A stretch of 64,000 nt of DNA from assembly GCA_963740315.1 (NCBI GenBank), contig CAVUDP010000002.1, positions 2,080,001-2,144,000 on the forward strand, written 5' to 3'. Source of the stretch: an uncultured cyanobacterium (GTDB lineage Bacteria; Cyanobacteriota; Cyanobacteriia; Cyanobacteriales; Nostocaceae). The notes beneath the pieces were generated by a model, which made no database searches, was not told where the DNA came from, and worked only from the letters and a program-made list of their open reading frames with translations. Positions 52,816 through 63,246 of the stretch are shown one piece after another. The position numbers were made by a program, and so were the translations under genes. Every line of letters starts with the position of its first letter. Within the stretch, counting starts at the first letter, position 1.

Positions 52816-55800
52816 ATGACCAATCCTATACCTGAATCTAATACAAATCTTAATTCACAAACTAATTCGCAAACTATTTTACAAACCGTTGAAAAACTAC
52901 GTGCTTTTTCTGAAATGGATGTTCGCGAACATTGGCGCTGTTTTTCGGGTGATATTTTGGTGAGTGAGGTTTTCGCGTCGGATTTTTCTGGTTGGGATGC
53001 TACGGAGTTAAACGCGAAAGGACATATTGCTTGGCAAAAGGGCAAAAATGTGCTTTGGTTGGCACAAAAATTAATCGTTCCTTCAGATTTACAAGGTTAT
53101 CCAGTTACAGGTTTGTGTTTGCGATTGGCTTTGGTTTGGTGGGCAGATTCCGCTCAAGTCTATATTAATGGTTCAATGGTAGCTGAGGGAGATTTATTTG
53201 ATTTTTCGCAACGAGTCTTATTAACTCCACGGGTAATTCCGGGAGAAGAATTTATTATTGCTTTGCGTTTGGTAAGCCCCGGACATGATAATGGTGCAAT
53301 AGTAAGTTCAAAGTGCATTTATGAAGCTGTGGGGAATAGGAATAATATTTATCCCGGTTTTGTCGCGTCGGAGTTGGCGATCGCACACCGTTATTGTGAA
53401 GCTTTTGCACCGGATAAGTTGGATTTAGTTGCTGGGTTGGTTAAGGAAGTTGCTGAGGTAATAAACCTTCTAGGCGCAGAGGGCGCTGAGGAAGATAAGA
53501 AAGAGTTTGATAAATCCCTTATTTCTCTTTGCGAAAAGCTGACTCAATCCAAAATCCAAAATCTGAAATCCAAAATCTCTCTTGTTGGTCATGCACATTT
53601 GGATATGGCTTGGTTGTGGCGGGTGAGCGAAACTTGGGAAGCTGCGAAGAATACTTTTGCGTCGGTTTTAAAGCTGCAAGAAGATTTTCCAGAATTGATT
53701 TTTTGTCATTCTACGCCAGCGCTTTATGCTTGGGTGGAAGAAAATTGTCCCGATTTATTTACACAAATAAAAAAAGCTGTAAAAAACAACCTTTGGGAAG
53801 TTATCGGTGCTTTTTGGGTGGAACCGGAATTAAATATAATTTCTGGTGAGTCGATTGTTCGTCAATTATTATACGGTCAGCGCTACGTAAAAGAAAAGTT
53901 TGGCGAATTCTCTACGGTGGCATGGCTTCCGGATAGCTTCGGTTTCTGCTGGACTTTACCTCAATTTATGAAAGATGCAGGAGTGGAATATTTTGTTACT
54001 CAAAAGTTGATTTGGAACGACACTACTAAATTTCCTCACGGTGCTTTTTGGTGGCGATCGCCAGATGGTAGCGAAATATTTAGCTTGATGTCAGCACCAA
54101 TCGGCGAAGGTATTGACCCGGTAAAAATGGTAGAATACGCGATCGCATGGGAAAAACAAACGGGTTTACAAAATTACCTCTGGCTTCCCGGAGTCGGCGA
54201 TCACGGCGGCGGACCCACTCGTGATATGCTCGAAATCGCCCGACGCTGGGAGAATTCATCTGTCTGTCCCGATTTTGAATTCACCACCGTTGAGAAGTAT
54301 TTGCACTCAATTAAGGATGAGGGGACAAGGAGATGGGGAGACAAGGGGATGGGGGGACAAGGAGATGGAGAGATGGGGTTCGGGGGAGATGGGGAGACAA
54401 TCCAAAATCCAAAATCCAAAATCCAAAATTGGAATGACGAACTATATTTAGAATTCCATCGCGGCTGCTATACTAGTCATGGCGACCAAAAGCTTTACAA
54501 TCGTCTTGCTGAAAATTTGCTTTATGAAGCGGAATTATTTGCAAGTTTAGCAACTATTGTCTGTGGTGTAGATTATCCGAAAGCTGAAATTGAAGCGGCT
54601 TGGAAAAAACTTTTATTTAACCAGTTTCACGATATTTTACCTGGTTCCTCGATTCCGGAAGTCTATGAAGATGCAAAACCGGAATGGGAACAGATGCAAA
54701 GTAGTGCTAACAATATTTTACGGCAGTCTCTACAAACTTTAACCGATCGAATCAATTTACCGCGATCGCCACAACCGAATAGTTTACCTGTAGTTGTTTT
54801 CAATTCTCTTAATTGGCAGCGTTCGGAAGTTGTATCTGTTTCTTTACCTTCTACTACACAACAATGGCAAATTCAAGATAGTTCGGGCAATCAAATTACC
54901 TCTCAACTCGATGCCGATTCACAATTATTATTTTTAGCAAATGATATTCCTGCGGTGGGTTATCGCTTGTTTTGGCTTTCCCCCAGTCAAGATGCTCCAC
55001 AGAATCAATCCAAAACTATAGCGCTACAGTATATTTTAGAAAACGAATATTTACGGGTAGAAGTTGACGAAAAAACTGGCGATTTAAGCAGCGTTTTCGA
55101 TAAGTTAAATAATCGCGAAATACTTTGTGCTAGTGGAAATCAACTGCAAGCTTTTACTGATATTGGTCAGTATTGGGATGCATGGAACATCGACCCCAAT
55201 TACGCCGAGAATATTTTACCACCATTTCAACTAAAATCTATTGAATGGCTTGAAGTTGGATCGCTGCAAAATCGCTTGCGAGTAGTGCGTCAGTTGGGGC
55301 GATCGGAGTTTATTCAAGATTATGTTTTGCAAGCTAGTTCGCAAATTTTGAAAATTACCACCAAAGTTAACTGGTTAGAACGTCACGTTTTAGTAAAAGC
55401 CGCTTTCCCATTAAACTTAGAAGCAGACTTTGCAACTTATGAAATTCCCTGCGGTGCAATTCAACGCACCACCAAACCTCAAACCGCAGCAGAAAAAGCT
55501 AAATGGGAAGTTCCCGCATTGCGCTGGGCTGATTTGACGCAAGAAATGGGACAAGGCGATATTGCTAATTCTTACGGTGTAAGTTTATTAAATGATTGCA
55601 AATACGGTTACGATGCTCAACCAAATCAATTACGTTTAAGCTTGTTGAGGAGTCCAGAATGGCCCAATCCCGAAGCTGACAAAGGCAATCATCAATTTAG
55701 TTATGGCTTGTATCCTCATGCGGGAAGTTGGGAGAAAGCGCAGACAGTAAAGCGTGGATATGAATTCAACCAACCTCTAATTGTGTGCCATCCTCAAAAT

Positions 55801-56100
55801 CCCGATGCAGCAATAAAATCACCAACTCAAGCAGTGAAAGACAAAGCCAGTTTTATAGATATATCTGCTCAAAACTTAATTTTAATGGCATTTAAACAAG
55901 CCGAAGACAATCCCCAGCAATGGATTCTGCGTTGTTACGAATGTCATGGAGAAACAGCAGAATTTCAACTCACCAGCGACATCGGCTTAAACGTAACAGA
56001 ATCTGTAGATTTATTAGAACGTCCCCTACCGACATCAGAATTTTCATCAACAAATGCGATCGCGCCGTGGAAAATCGCAAACTTTACAGTAACCAGTTAG
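52816..56100 (+). CDS. Alpha-mannosidase (GH38)
   Basis: GHAHLDMAWLW, WLPDSFG, GDHGGGPT, ELYLEFHRG, NQFHDILPGS and LNDCKYG motifs. Confidence 0.95.
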   Translation: MTNPIPESNTNLNSQTNSQTILQTVEKLRAFSEMDVREHWRCFSGDILVSEVFASDFSGWDATELNAKGHIAWQKGKNVLWLAQKLIVPSDLQGYPVTGLCLRLALVWWADSAQVYINGSMVAEGDLFDFSQRVLLTPRVIPGEEFIIALRLVSPGHDNGAIVSSKCIYEAVGNRNNIYPGFVASELAIAHRYCEAFAPDKLDLVAGLVKEVAEVINLLGAEGAEEDKKEFDKSLISLCEKLTQSKIQNLKSKISLVGHAHLDMAWLWRVSETWEAAKNTFASVLKLQEDFPELIFCHSTPALYAWVEENCPDLFTQIKKAVKNNLWEVIGAFWVEPELNIISGESIVRQLLYGQRYVKEKFGEFSTVAWLPDSFGFCWTLPQFMKDAGVEYFVTQKLIWNDTTKFPHGAFWWRSPDGSEIFSLMSAPIGEGIDPVKMVEYAIAWEKQTGLQNYLWLPGVGDHGGGPTRDMLEIARRWENSSVCPDFEFTTVEKYLHSIKDEGTRRWGDKGMGGQGDGEMGFGGDGETIQNPKSKIQNWNDELYLEFHRGCYTSHGDQKLYNRLAENLLYEAELFASLATIVCGVDYPKAEIEAAWKKLLFNQFHDILPGSSIPEVYEDAKPEWEQMQSSANNILRQSLQTLTDRINLPRSPQPNSLPVVVFNSLNWQRSEVVSVSLPSTTQQWQIQDSSGNQITSQLDADSQLLFLANDIPAVGYRLFWLSPSQDAPQNQSKTIALQYILENEYLRVEVDEKTGDLSSVFDKLNNREILCASGNQLQAFTDIGQYWDAWNIDPNYAENILPPFQLKSIEWLEVGSLQNRLRVVRQLGRSEFIQDYVLQASSQILKITTKVNWLERHVLVKAAFPLNLEADFATYEIPCGAIQRTTKPQTAAEKAKWEVPALRWADLTQEMGQGDIANSYGVSLLNDCKYGYDAQPNQLRLSLLRSPEWPNPEADKGNHQFSYGLYPHAGSWEKAQTVKRGYEFNQPLIVCHPQNPDAAIKSPTQAVKDKASFIDISAQNLILMAFKQAEDNPQQWILRCYECHGETAEFQLTSDIGLNVTESVDLLERPLPTSEFSSTNAIAPWKIANFTVTS

Positions 56101-56108
56101 GAGTTAGG

Positions 56109-56361
56109 AGTTAGGAGTACTTCGACAAGTCTTACAGTGAGCTACGTCGAACTGCTCAGTAACCTTATTGAGTTAGGAGTACTTCGACAAGTCTTACAGT
56201 GAGCTACGTCGAACTGCTCAGTAACCTTATTGAGTTAGGAGTACTTCGACAAGTCTTACAGTGAGCTACGTCGAACTGCTCAGTAACCTTATTGAGTTAG
56301 GAGTACTTCGACAAGTCTTACAGTGAGCTACGTCGAACTGCTCAGTAACCTTATTGAGTTA
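56109..56361 (+). repeat. Exact 62-bp tandem repeat, 4 copies
   Basis: AGTAC units at 56116, 56178, 56240 and 56302; internal TTCGAC/GTCGAA hairpin. Confidence 0.95.
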
Positions 56362-56457
56362 AGAATTAGGAGTTGATTTTCTTCCCCTTGTCTCCCCATC
56401 TCCCCCTCTTCCCCCTCTTCCCCCTCTCCCCCTCTCCCCCCTCTCCCCCTCTCTTAC

Positions 56458-56589
56458 CTAATCTTCATGGTCTTCAAAAGGGTCGCCAAGTTCTTTACTT
56501 GGAGGACCAAAGGAAGTGTAAACGGACATTACTGTGACTGTAATTAAGACGGCAGCTACAGAAATGCTAAGAACTATTGCGGGTTCCAT
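56458..56589 (-). CDS. psbN: PsbN
   Basis: Manual translation MEPAIVLSISVAAVLITVTVMSVYTSFGPPSKELGDPFEDHED*; divergent from psbH. Confidence 0.97.
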   Translation of the reverse strand: MEPAIVLSISVAAVLITVTVMSVYTSFGPPSKELGDPFEDHED

Positions 56590-56673
56590 AACGGGTATAT
56601 TTTATGAGTACTATTCTTATACAATATTACAGAAGATTAAAAAATGTTTTGTTAATTAACCTGGAATTGGATT

Positions 56674-56877
56674 ATGGCTCAAAGAACACGTTTGGGAGAT
56701 GTTCTCAGACCCTTAAATGCTGAGTATGGTAAAGTGGCTCCCGGTTGGGGTACTACCCCATTGATGGCTGTTTTCATGGCTTTATTTTTTGTGTTTTTGT
56801 TGATTATTCTGCAACTTTATAACAAATCAATCATGATTGAGGGTATTAATGTGGATTGGCGAAGCTTGGGAATGTAA
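56674..56877 (+). CDS. psbH: Photosystem II protein H
   Basis: [21 protein letters not shown] motif. Confidence 0.98.
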   Translation: MAQRTRLGDVLRPLNAEYGKVAPGWGTTPLMAVFMALFFVFLLIILQLYNKSIMIEGINVDWRSLGM

Positions 56878-56926
56878 GCCCAGGTATTTTCACAAATATT
56901 CCGATATTTTATCTGAAATTAAAGTT

Positions 56927-56951
56927 AAACCCGGATTTGCCGGGTTTTTTT
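56927..56951 (+). terminator. Intrinsic terminator of psbH
   Basis: AAACCCGG-ATTTG-CCGGGTTT hairpin followed by a T tract. Confidence 0.7.
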
Positions 56952-57066
56952 GGGTTTGAAGAAATGGAGGGAGTAGGGTGAGGGGGAAGAGGGGGGAGAT
57001 GGGGAGATGGGGAGATGGGGAGAGATTATTTTCTCATAACTCATAACTCATAACTCATAATTCCTA

Positions 57067-57339
57067 AAGGTTACTGAGCAGTTCGACGTAGCTCACTGTA
57101 AGACTTGTCGAAGTACTCATAACTCATAATTCCTAACTCAATAAGGTTACTGAGCAGTTCGACGTAGCTCACTGTAAGACTTGTCGAAGTACTCCTAACT
57201 CATAATTCCTAAAGGTTACTGAGCAGTTCGACGTAGCTCACTGTAAGACTTGTCGAAGTACTCATAACTCATAATTCCTAACTCAATAAGGTTACTGAGC
57301 AGTTCGACGTAGCTCACTGTAAGACTTGTCGAAGTACTC
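57067..57339 (-). repeat. Four copies of a 52-bp unit, inverted relative to 56109-56361 and separated by STRR heptamers
   Basis: Copies start at 57067, 57143, 57212 and 57288; exact reverse complement of the 62-bp unit core. Confidence 0.95.
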
Positions 57340-57456
57340 CCTACTCCCTACTCCCTACTCCCTACTCCCTATCTTTCTTAAAAGTATTTTCTTGAGCGAT
57401 AAATCGCTAAACTACAGATGTGGGTTAAGGGTTTTTGAGTTTATAGGAGAAAGCTG

Positions 57457-57708
57457 ATGAATATATTCGGTATCGGTTTACCGGAAATGGCTGTAATTAT
57501 GGCTGTGGCGCTGTTGGTTTTTGGTCCGAAAAAGCTACCGGAAATTGGGCGTAGTATGGGAAAAGCAATTCGCGGTTTTCAAGATGCTTCCCAAGAGTTT
57601 CAAGATGAATTTAAAAAAGAAGCATCACAGTTGGAGGAAGCTGTCAAGACTACAGCCGAACTCGAACCCAAATTAGAAGGCGCGATGGAAAAGAAAGAAG
57701 AAGTATAA
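57457..57708 (+). CDS. tatA: Twin-arginine translocase subunit TatA/E
   Basis: FGIGLPEM..LLVFGPKKLPEIGRSMGKAIRGFQ; conserved psbH-tatA-pth order. Confidence 0.95.
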   Translation: MNIFGIGLPEMAVIMAVALLVFGPKKLPEIGRSMGKAIRGFQDASQEFQDEFKKEASQLEEAVKTTAELEPKLEGAMEKKEEV

Positions 57709-57801
57709 AGGTTCGTAGTAAGTAGCTTTAGCTTTTAATAAATAGGACTAAAGTCCTTACTACAAACCCGATCGTAGTTAATTAGTTATTTTTTATTCCT
57801 T

Positions 57802-58500
57802 ATGCAAGCTGCTAGTAAAAAAGTTTTATTGATTCCCCAGCTAATTGTTGGTTTGGGAAATCCAGAACCTAAGTACGATCGAACGCGCCACAATATCGGT
57901 TTTGCTGCGATAGATGCTTTATCCAGTTCTTGGCAAGTATCTCTAAGCGAAAATCGTAAGTTTAAAGGTGAGTACGCTGAAACAACTGCACCCGGTGGAA
58001 AAAAAGTATACTTGCTTAAGCCTTTAACTTACATGAATCTTTCGGGACAATCAATAGGTGCGGTGGCTTCTTGGTACAAGTTAAAGCCAGAATCTGTGCT
58101 GGTTATTTATGATGATATGGATTTACCCGTGGGGAGAGTTCGCTTGCGTACCGAAGGTTCTCCTGGCGGACATAATGGTATGAAAAGTACTGTTTCTCAT
58201 CTTAGCTCTAAAAATTTTCCTCGTTTGCGGATTGGGATTGGTAGACCAAAAAATCCAGCAACTACCGAAAATGGTACTGTAAGTCATGTTTTAGGTAAGT
58301 TTTCTCCCGAAGAAAATCAGGTGATGTCTTCCGTTCTTGATTACGTTGTTGAATGTGTCGAATTATGCCTTAAAAAAGGTGTTGAGAAGGCAATGAATGA
58401 TTGTAATCGCAAGAATTTGAACGTACCTAAGTCTAAAGAAGAGAAGGGGGAGAAGGGGAAAGGGGACAAGGTGATGGGGGGAGAGGGGGAGAGGGGGTAG
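57802..58500 (+). CDS. pth: Peptidyl-tRNA hydrolase
   Basis: GLGNP..YDRTRHNIGF, KPLTYMNLSG, GGHNG and RLRIGIGRP motifs. Confidence 0.96.
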   Translation: MQAASKKVLLIPQLIVGLGNPEPKYDRTRHNIGFAAIDALSSSWQVSLSENRKFKGEYAETTAPGGKKVYLLKPLTYMNLSGQSIGAVASWYKLKPESVLVIYDDMDLPVGRVRLRTEGSPGGHNGMKSTVSHLSSKNFPRLRIGIGRPKNPATTENGTVSHVLGKFSPEENQVMSSVLDYVVECVELCLKKGVEKAMNDCNRKNLNVPKSKEEKGEKGKGDKVMGGEGERG

Positions 58501-58823
58501 AGGGGGTAGAGGGGGTAGAAAAAATTTCTTACTCTTAACTCTTAACTCTTCATTTCTAACTTTTAACTTCTTATATAAACAAACAACCACCGCAGAATTA
58601 GCGATGGTTGTTTTCAAAATTAATTAGCTGATGGGCAGTTAATTTTGAAAACCTGCCTTATTCAACTCTATTTGGGGAAAATCATTAGTACTTTACATTT
58701 ACAAAAGTCCTTTTTCCACGTCTTATTGTTTAGATATATTGTGAGTGTACGCCGAAAACAGCGATCGCGTATATTCAGTAGCGATATTCAAACGTTTGCA
58801 ACCGTAAAAATTCTTATTCCTAC

Positions 58824-59003
58824 TTACTTGAAACGTCGATTTCGTCTTGCTGCTATTGCTTTACGCTTTCGTTTCTCCTGTGGGGTTTCAAATTGCCGAC
58901 GGCATCTAACATCAGCCAAAATCCCAGCTTTGGAAACTTGACGCTTAAACCGACGTAATGCAGAATCTATTCCTTCGTTTTCGCCTAAAAGCACTTGAGT
59001 CAT
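58824..59003 (-). CDS. rpsU: 30S ribosomal protein S21
   Basis: Manual translation [59 protein letters not shown]. Confidence 0.96.
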   Translation of the reverse strand: MTQVLLGENEGIDSALRRFKRQVSKAGILADVRCRRQFETPQEKRKRKAIAARRNRRFK

Positions 59004-59146
59004 TGTAATCTCTAATTGTCAACAGCTATACTTTTTTTGGTTTAATGTGCTGGTTAGTCGGGATGAAAAAACTCCACAACTTACCATAAATCAAACAAGA
59101 CTTGGAGCCTTGAATATACAAATATTTTACCTTTGAATCGGGTTTT

Positions 59147-60016
59147 CTATGTATCTTGGATCTCATAATCCGAATTTTTTAATGAAAGGGCGAGTTGATA
59201 AAGCTGACGGCGCGGTAAAGAAGTTGATGCAGCTAGCTGACGACTCGCTTGTGAGGGGGATATTCCTTGATTCATGATTGTTTCTAACTCGTGGGTGAGT
59301 TCTTCTTGTGTAAACAGCCGCTGAGTGGGTGAATTACCCGCCACTACTAAAGTATATTCACCTATGGGAACCTTTTGTTCGTAGTAGCTACAAGCACCCG
59401 CAACGGTTCCCCGCCAAAACTCTTCATACATTTTAGTTAACTCTCGCGCTAAGACAATTTGTCTGTCTTCGCCAAATATTTCTTTTATATCTTGTAAAGT
59501 CGATCGCAAACGATGGGGGGATTCGTAGAAAATCAAAGTACGCTCCTCTGACTTTAATTGTTCTAAATGCGATCGCCGTTGTTTTGCTTTAGCGCTCAAG
59601 AATCCTTCAAACACGAATTTCTCGGTAGAAATCCCCGAAGCACTCAAAGCGGTAATTGCTGCAACGGCTCCAGGAATAGGAACCACATTAATTCCAGCTT
59701 CCGCGCAAGCCTTCACCAACTCATAACCGGGATCGGAAATTCCCGGCATTCCAGCGTCAGTTACAAGCGCGATCGCAATTCCTTCGTGCAACTGCTTTAA
59801 TAATTCTGGGATGCGACTGTGGCGATTATGTTCGTGATAACTTATTTGCGGCGTATTAATTTGAAAATGCTTCAAAAGTTTTCCCGTATGGCGCGTATCT
59901 TCAGCAGCAATAAAATCCACCGATTGCAAAATTCGCACGCCTCGGAAAGTCATATCTTCCAAGTTTCCAATCGGCGTGCCAACAATGTAAAGTACACCTG
60001 TCTTATCGGTTTGCAT
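59147..60016 (-). CDS. rsmI: 16S rRNA C1402 2'-O-methyltransferase
   Basis: TPIGNLED, AEDTR, DAGMPGISDPG, YESPHR and ARELTK motifs. Confidence 0.96.
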   Translation of the reverse strand: MQTDKTGVLYIVGTPIGNLEDMTFRGVRILQSVDFIAAEDTRHTGKLLKHFQINTPQISYHEHNRHSRIPELLKQLHEGIAIALVTDAGMPGISDPGYELVKACAEAGINVVPIPGAVAAITALSASGISTEKFVFEGFLSAKAKQRRSHLEQLKSEERTLIFYESPHRLRSTLQDIKEIFGEDRQIVLARELTKMYEEFWRGTVAGACSYYEQKVPIGEYTLVVAGNSPTQRLFTQEELTHELETIMNQGISPSQASRQLAASTSLPRRQLYQLALSLKNSDYEIQDT

Positions 60017-60137
60017 TTATCAATTATCAATGAACAATTATCAATTATCAATTATCAATTAGGAGTGGAGAGAGCGGGAAGATTTTTAATCTAAAATTAT
60101 TGACGTATAACTCATAACCTTTAACCTATTTAATATT

Positions 60138-61022
60138 ATGACAAATCAAAAATCTTTCAATGGTTTATTTGTGGGTTTAGTAACGCTAGATTTGATTTAT
60201 CTTGCCCAATCTCCTCCGAAAAATAATCAGAAACTAGTTGCACAAGACTATACTGTTGCGGCAGGTGGTCCGGTAACAAATGCTGCTGTGGCTTTTAGCT
60301 ATTTGGGTAATAACGCTAAGATATTAGGTGCAGTTGGTTGTCACCCAATGACGCAATTAATAAAGAGCGATTTAGCGAATTATCAAATAGAAATAATCGA
60401 CTTTAACCCTACCACAGAAAACCCGCCGCCAGTATCTTCAATTATTGTTAGCAGTACGGGAGAACGTGCTGTTATCTCTATAAATGCCGTCAAAAACCAA
60501 GCTAATATCGACGCTATTTCAGCAGATATTTTGCAAGACATAGATATTGTACTAGTTGATGGACATCAAATGAAATTGGGATGTGCGATCGCATCACTTG
60601 CCAAAGCGGAAAATATACCAGTAGTTATCGACGGTGGCAGTTGGAAACCTGGATTTGAAAAGCTTTTACCTTTCGCTGATTATGCCATTTGTTCGGCTAA
60701 TTTTTATCCCCCCAATCATACCACCGAAGAAGTTTTTACTTATCTCAATCAAATTGGTATTCCTCATATCGCCATAACTCACGGAGAAAAACCCATCCAA
60801 TATTTATCTCAAAATTTATCTCAAAATCAAATTAATATTCTAGAAGTTCCAAAAATTCAAGCTGCTGATACACTAGGGGCTGGAGATATTTTTCACGGTG
60901 CTTTTTGTAACTATGTGTTGCAAGAAGAATTTACCACCGCTCTGGAAAAATCAGCGAAAATTGCAGCTTTATCCTGTCAATCTTTTGGCACTCGCCGTTG
61001 GATGGAAGAAGTTAAAAGTTAG
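60138..61022 (+). CDS. PfkB-family carbohydrate kinase
   Basis: GGPVTNAAV and DTLGAGDIFHG motifs. Confidence 0.9.
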   Translation: MTNQKSFNGLFVGLVTLDLIYLAQSPPKNNQKLVAQDYTVAAGGPVTNAAVAFSYLGNNAKILGAVGCHPMTQLIKSDLANYQIEIIDFNPTTENPPPVSSIIVSSTGERAVISINAVKNQANIDAISADILQDIDIVLVDGHQMKLGCAIASLAKAENIPVVIDGGSWKPGFEKLLPFADYAICSANFYPPNHTTEEVFTYLNQIGIPHIAITHGEKPIQYLSQNLSQNQINILEVPKIQAADTLGAGDIFHGAFCNYVLQEEFTTALEKSAKIAALSCQSFGTRRWMEEVKS

Positions 61023-61047
61023 GAGTTATGAGTGAGGAGTTAGGAGT

Positions 61048-61175
61048 TAAGTAGGTGGATAAAAATATTTATGTCATTGCGAGCGACAGCGAAGCAATCT
61101 CAAAGTGTTGCGGTTGCGTCGTTTCACTCCGTTCCACTCGCAATGACAAATATACAATTAATTTCGTCTAAGTAC
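61048..61175. mobile_element. MITE-like element, inverted copy of 1407-1554
   Basis: TAAGTAGGTGGA...GTCATTGCGAGCGACAG...CTCGCAATGAC...GTCTAAGTAC. Confidence 0.6.
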
Positions 61176-61241
61176 TTATTTAATTTTGGATTTTAGATTT
61201 CCCAATTCACCATTACCAATTACCAATTCCCAATTCCCAAT

Positions 61242-62099
61242 ATGAAAGATTTACAATCTATTCTAGAATTAATTCGTCCTATAGGTTGGGGTGCATCCGA
61301 TCTTTTGCGCTCTTACTATCAAGGCAATAAACAAGATGATTTAAATATAGAATATAAAGATGATAAAGGTAAAGATCCAGTAACGGCAGCAGATTTAGCT
61401 GTTAGTAATTATATTTTGCAGAAGTTGCGATCGGAATTAGGTGAAGAAGATTTTGGCTATATCAGCGAAGAAACTTATCAGAAGCAAGATGGTAAAAATA
61501 ATTCTGAATGGGTATGGATTATTGACCCTTTAGATGGTACAAAAGATTTTATTAATAAAACTGGTGAATACGCTATTCATATCGCTTTAGTTAGAAATAA
61601 GCGTCCAGAATTAGCATTAGTGGCAATTCCCGAAGCTGAAAAATTATATTATGCTATCCTTGGTGGCGGTACATTTGTCGAAACTCGTAATGGCGATCGC
61701 AAATCCGTGCGCGTTTCCGAGTGCGAAAATTCCCCAGATTTAACTTTAGTTGTAAGTCGCAATCACCGCAATCAAAAATTAAACTATCTTTTAGAAAAAT
61801 TACCTTTCAAAAATCAGAAATCAGTTGGCAGCGTCGGCGGTAAAATTGTTGCAATTATCGAACAGCAAGCAGATATTTATATTTCCCTTTCCGGTAAATC
61901 CGCACCAAAAGATTGGGATATCGCCGCACCAGAATTAATATTAACTGAAGCAGGCGGAAAATACACTCACTTCGACGGAACACCATTACAATACAACACC
62001 GGAGATATCAGTCAATGGGGTGGTTTATTAGCTAGTAATGGTAAATGTCACGAAATGCTTTGTAAACAAGCTGAAATGATTTTAAAAGAATTTGATTAA
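61242..62099 (+). CDS. cysQ: Inositol monophosphatase family, CysQ-like 3'(2'),5'-bisphosphate nucleotidase
   Basis: PVTAADL, ISEE, WIIDPLDGTKDF, KDWDIAA and EAGG motifs. Confidence 0.8.
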   Translation: MKDLQSILELIRPIGWGASDLLRSYYQGNKQDDLNIEYKDDKGKDPVTAADLAVSNYILQKLRSELGEEDFGYISEETYQKQDGKNNSEWVWIIDPLDGTKDFINKTGEYAIHIALVRNKRPELALVAIPEAEKLYYAILGGGTFVETRNGDRKSVRVSECENSPDLTLVVSRNHRNQKLNYLLEKLPFKNQKSVGSVGGKIVAIIEQQADIYISLSGKSAPKDWDIAAPELILTEAGGKYTHFDGTPLQYNTGDISQWGGLLASNGKCHEMLCKQAEMILKEFD

Positions 62100-62260
62100 T
62101 TGGGGATTGGGCATGAATGAGATGGGGAGAGGGGGAAGAGGGGGAAGAGGGGGAAGAGGGGGTAGAAAATCAACTCCTAACTCCTAACTACTAACTCCTA
62201 ACTACTAACTCCTAACTACTAACTCCTAACTCCTAACTCCTAACTCCTAACTCCTAACTG

Positions 62261-63196
62261 CTAACTGATTACCTCAATTGCACTTTTCAAAACTTCAGCA
62301 TGAAATTCCCAAGATAAGTTATCAACGGATAAACTTGGGATTCCTCTAATTCCGTCTATTGCTAAACCTTTATTTATAAGTGTTTCTAAAATATGAAATT
62401 CTGTTTCTGGATTTAACTTTTTGATAATTGCGGCTTTCCAATCGGGACGAAGTAAACAAAGTGCTAGTAATATAGCAGTAGCACCCCAATTAGATACGCC
62501 GCAAACTATTAAATAATCGCACTTAATTTTACAAGCGATTTCTTCTCCATGACGAATGCTAGACGTAACAATTTCTCTTGGAATATTCCCCATTCCTAAT
62601 TCATTTCCACCATCACCAATGCCCACGGAAATGATTTTTTTTGACTCGAATAACAAATGCAAAGGTGCCGTGTAAGCCGTTACATCTTGTCCTCTCATAT
62701 TACGGACAATACCATGTTTATTTGGTCCGGCTCTTTCAATGGAAATTATATGAGATATTGGCGATGCCAGAGATTTCCAAAATTCTAAAAGCGATGTGAC
62801 TGAATGTTGGCGATCGCTAACCGTTACAGCGACTATATCTATAGGTATATCGTGATATCCTGCTGCAATCACTGCTGTTTTTACGGTTTGAAAACACAAG
62901 GAATCAGTTACAATTCTTACTAGTATCCCAACTTCAAACAAACTAGCCGCTAATAACGCACATCCTATTGGACCATCGGTTTCGGGACATGGAGGATTGC
63001 CGTTAGGCATGAAAAACCCTGTAATAATCGCCACATTTGGACAAGGATGTTCCGCAATTGAACGAGATGCCCCTAATAACCCTCCCTTGGCTACTTTTGC
63101 TAAAGAATCAATCCCTCTACCCACATCTCGCGAACAAATACTTTCTAAGCGGGCTATTTTATCTAAATCGCGTTCGGATTGCGGTTTTTTTGTCAT
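62261..63196 (-). CDS. DUF4392 protein (D-glutamate cyclase C-terminal-like domain)
   Basis: TGF..ETDGP.G, IERAG, GIGDGGNELGMG and GVSNWG motifs. Confidence 0.85.
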   Translation of the reverse strand: MTKKPQSERDLDKIARLESICSRDVGRGIDSLAKVAKGGLLGASRSIAEHPCPNVAIITGFFMPNGNPPCPETDGPIGCALLAASLFEVGILVRIVTDSLCFQTVKTAVIAAGYHDIPIDIVAVTVSDRQHSVTSLLEFWKSLASPISHIISIERAGPNKHGIVRNMRGQDVTAYTAPLHLLFESKKIISVGIGDGGNELGMGNIPREIVTSSIRHGEEIACKIKCDYLIVCGVSNWGATAILLALCLLRPDWKAAIIKKLNPETEFHILETLINKGLAIDGIRGIPSLSVDNLSWEFHAEVLKSAIEVIS

Positions 63197-63246
63197 GAGC
63201 GGGGAAGCAGATACACAAATAATTTTACGGATTCGCTCAAAAATTT

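Noticed and set aside
56109..57339. CRISPR array
   Set aside because: Units are 52-62 bp, the intervening sequence is identical or made of STRR heptamers rather than unique spacers, and there are no cas genes in the window
58645..58941. 98-aa plus-strand ORF
   Set aside because: Antisense to rpsU
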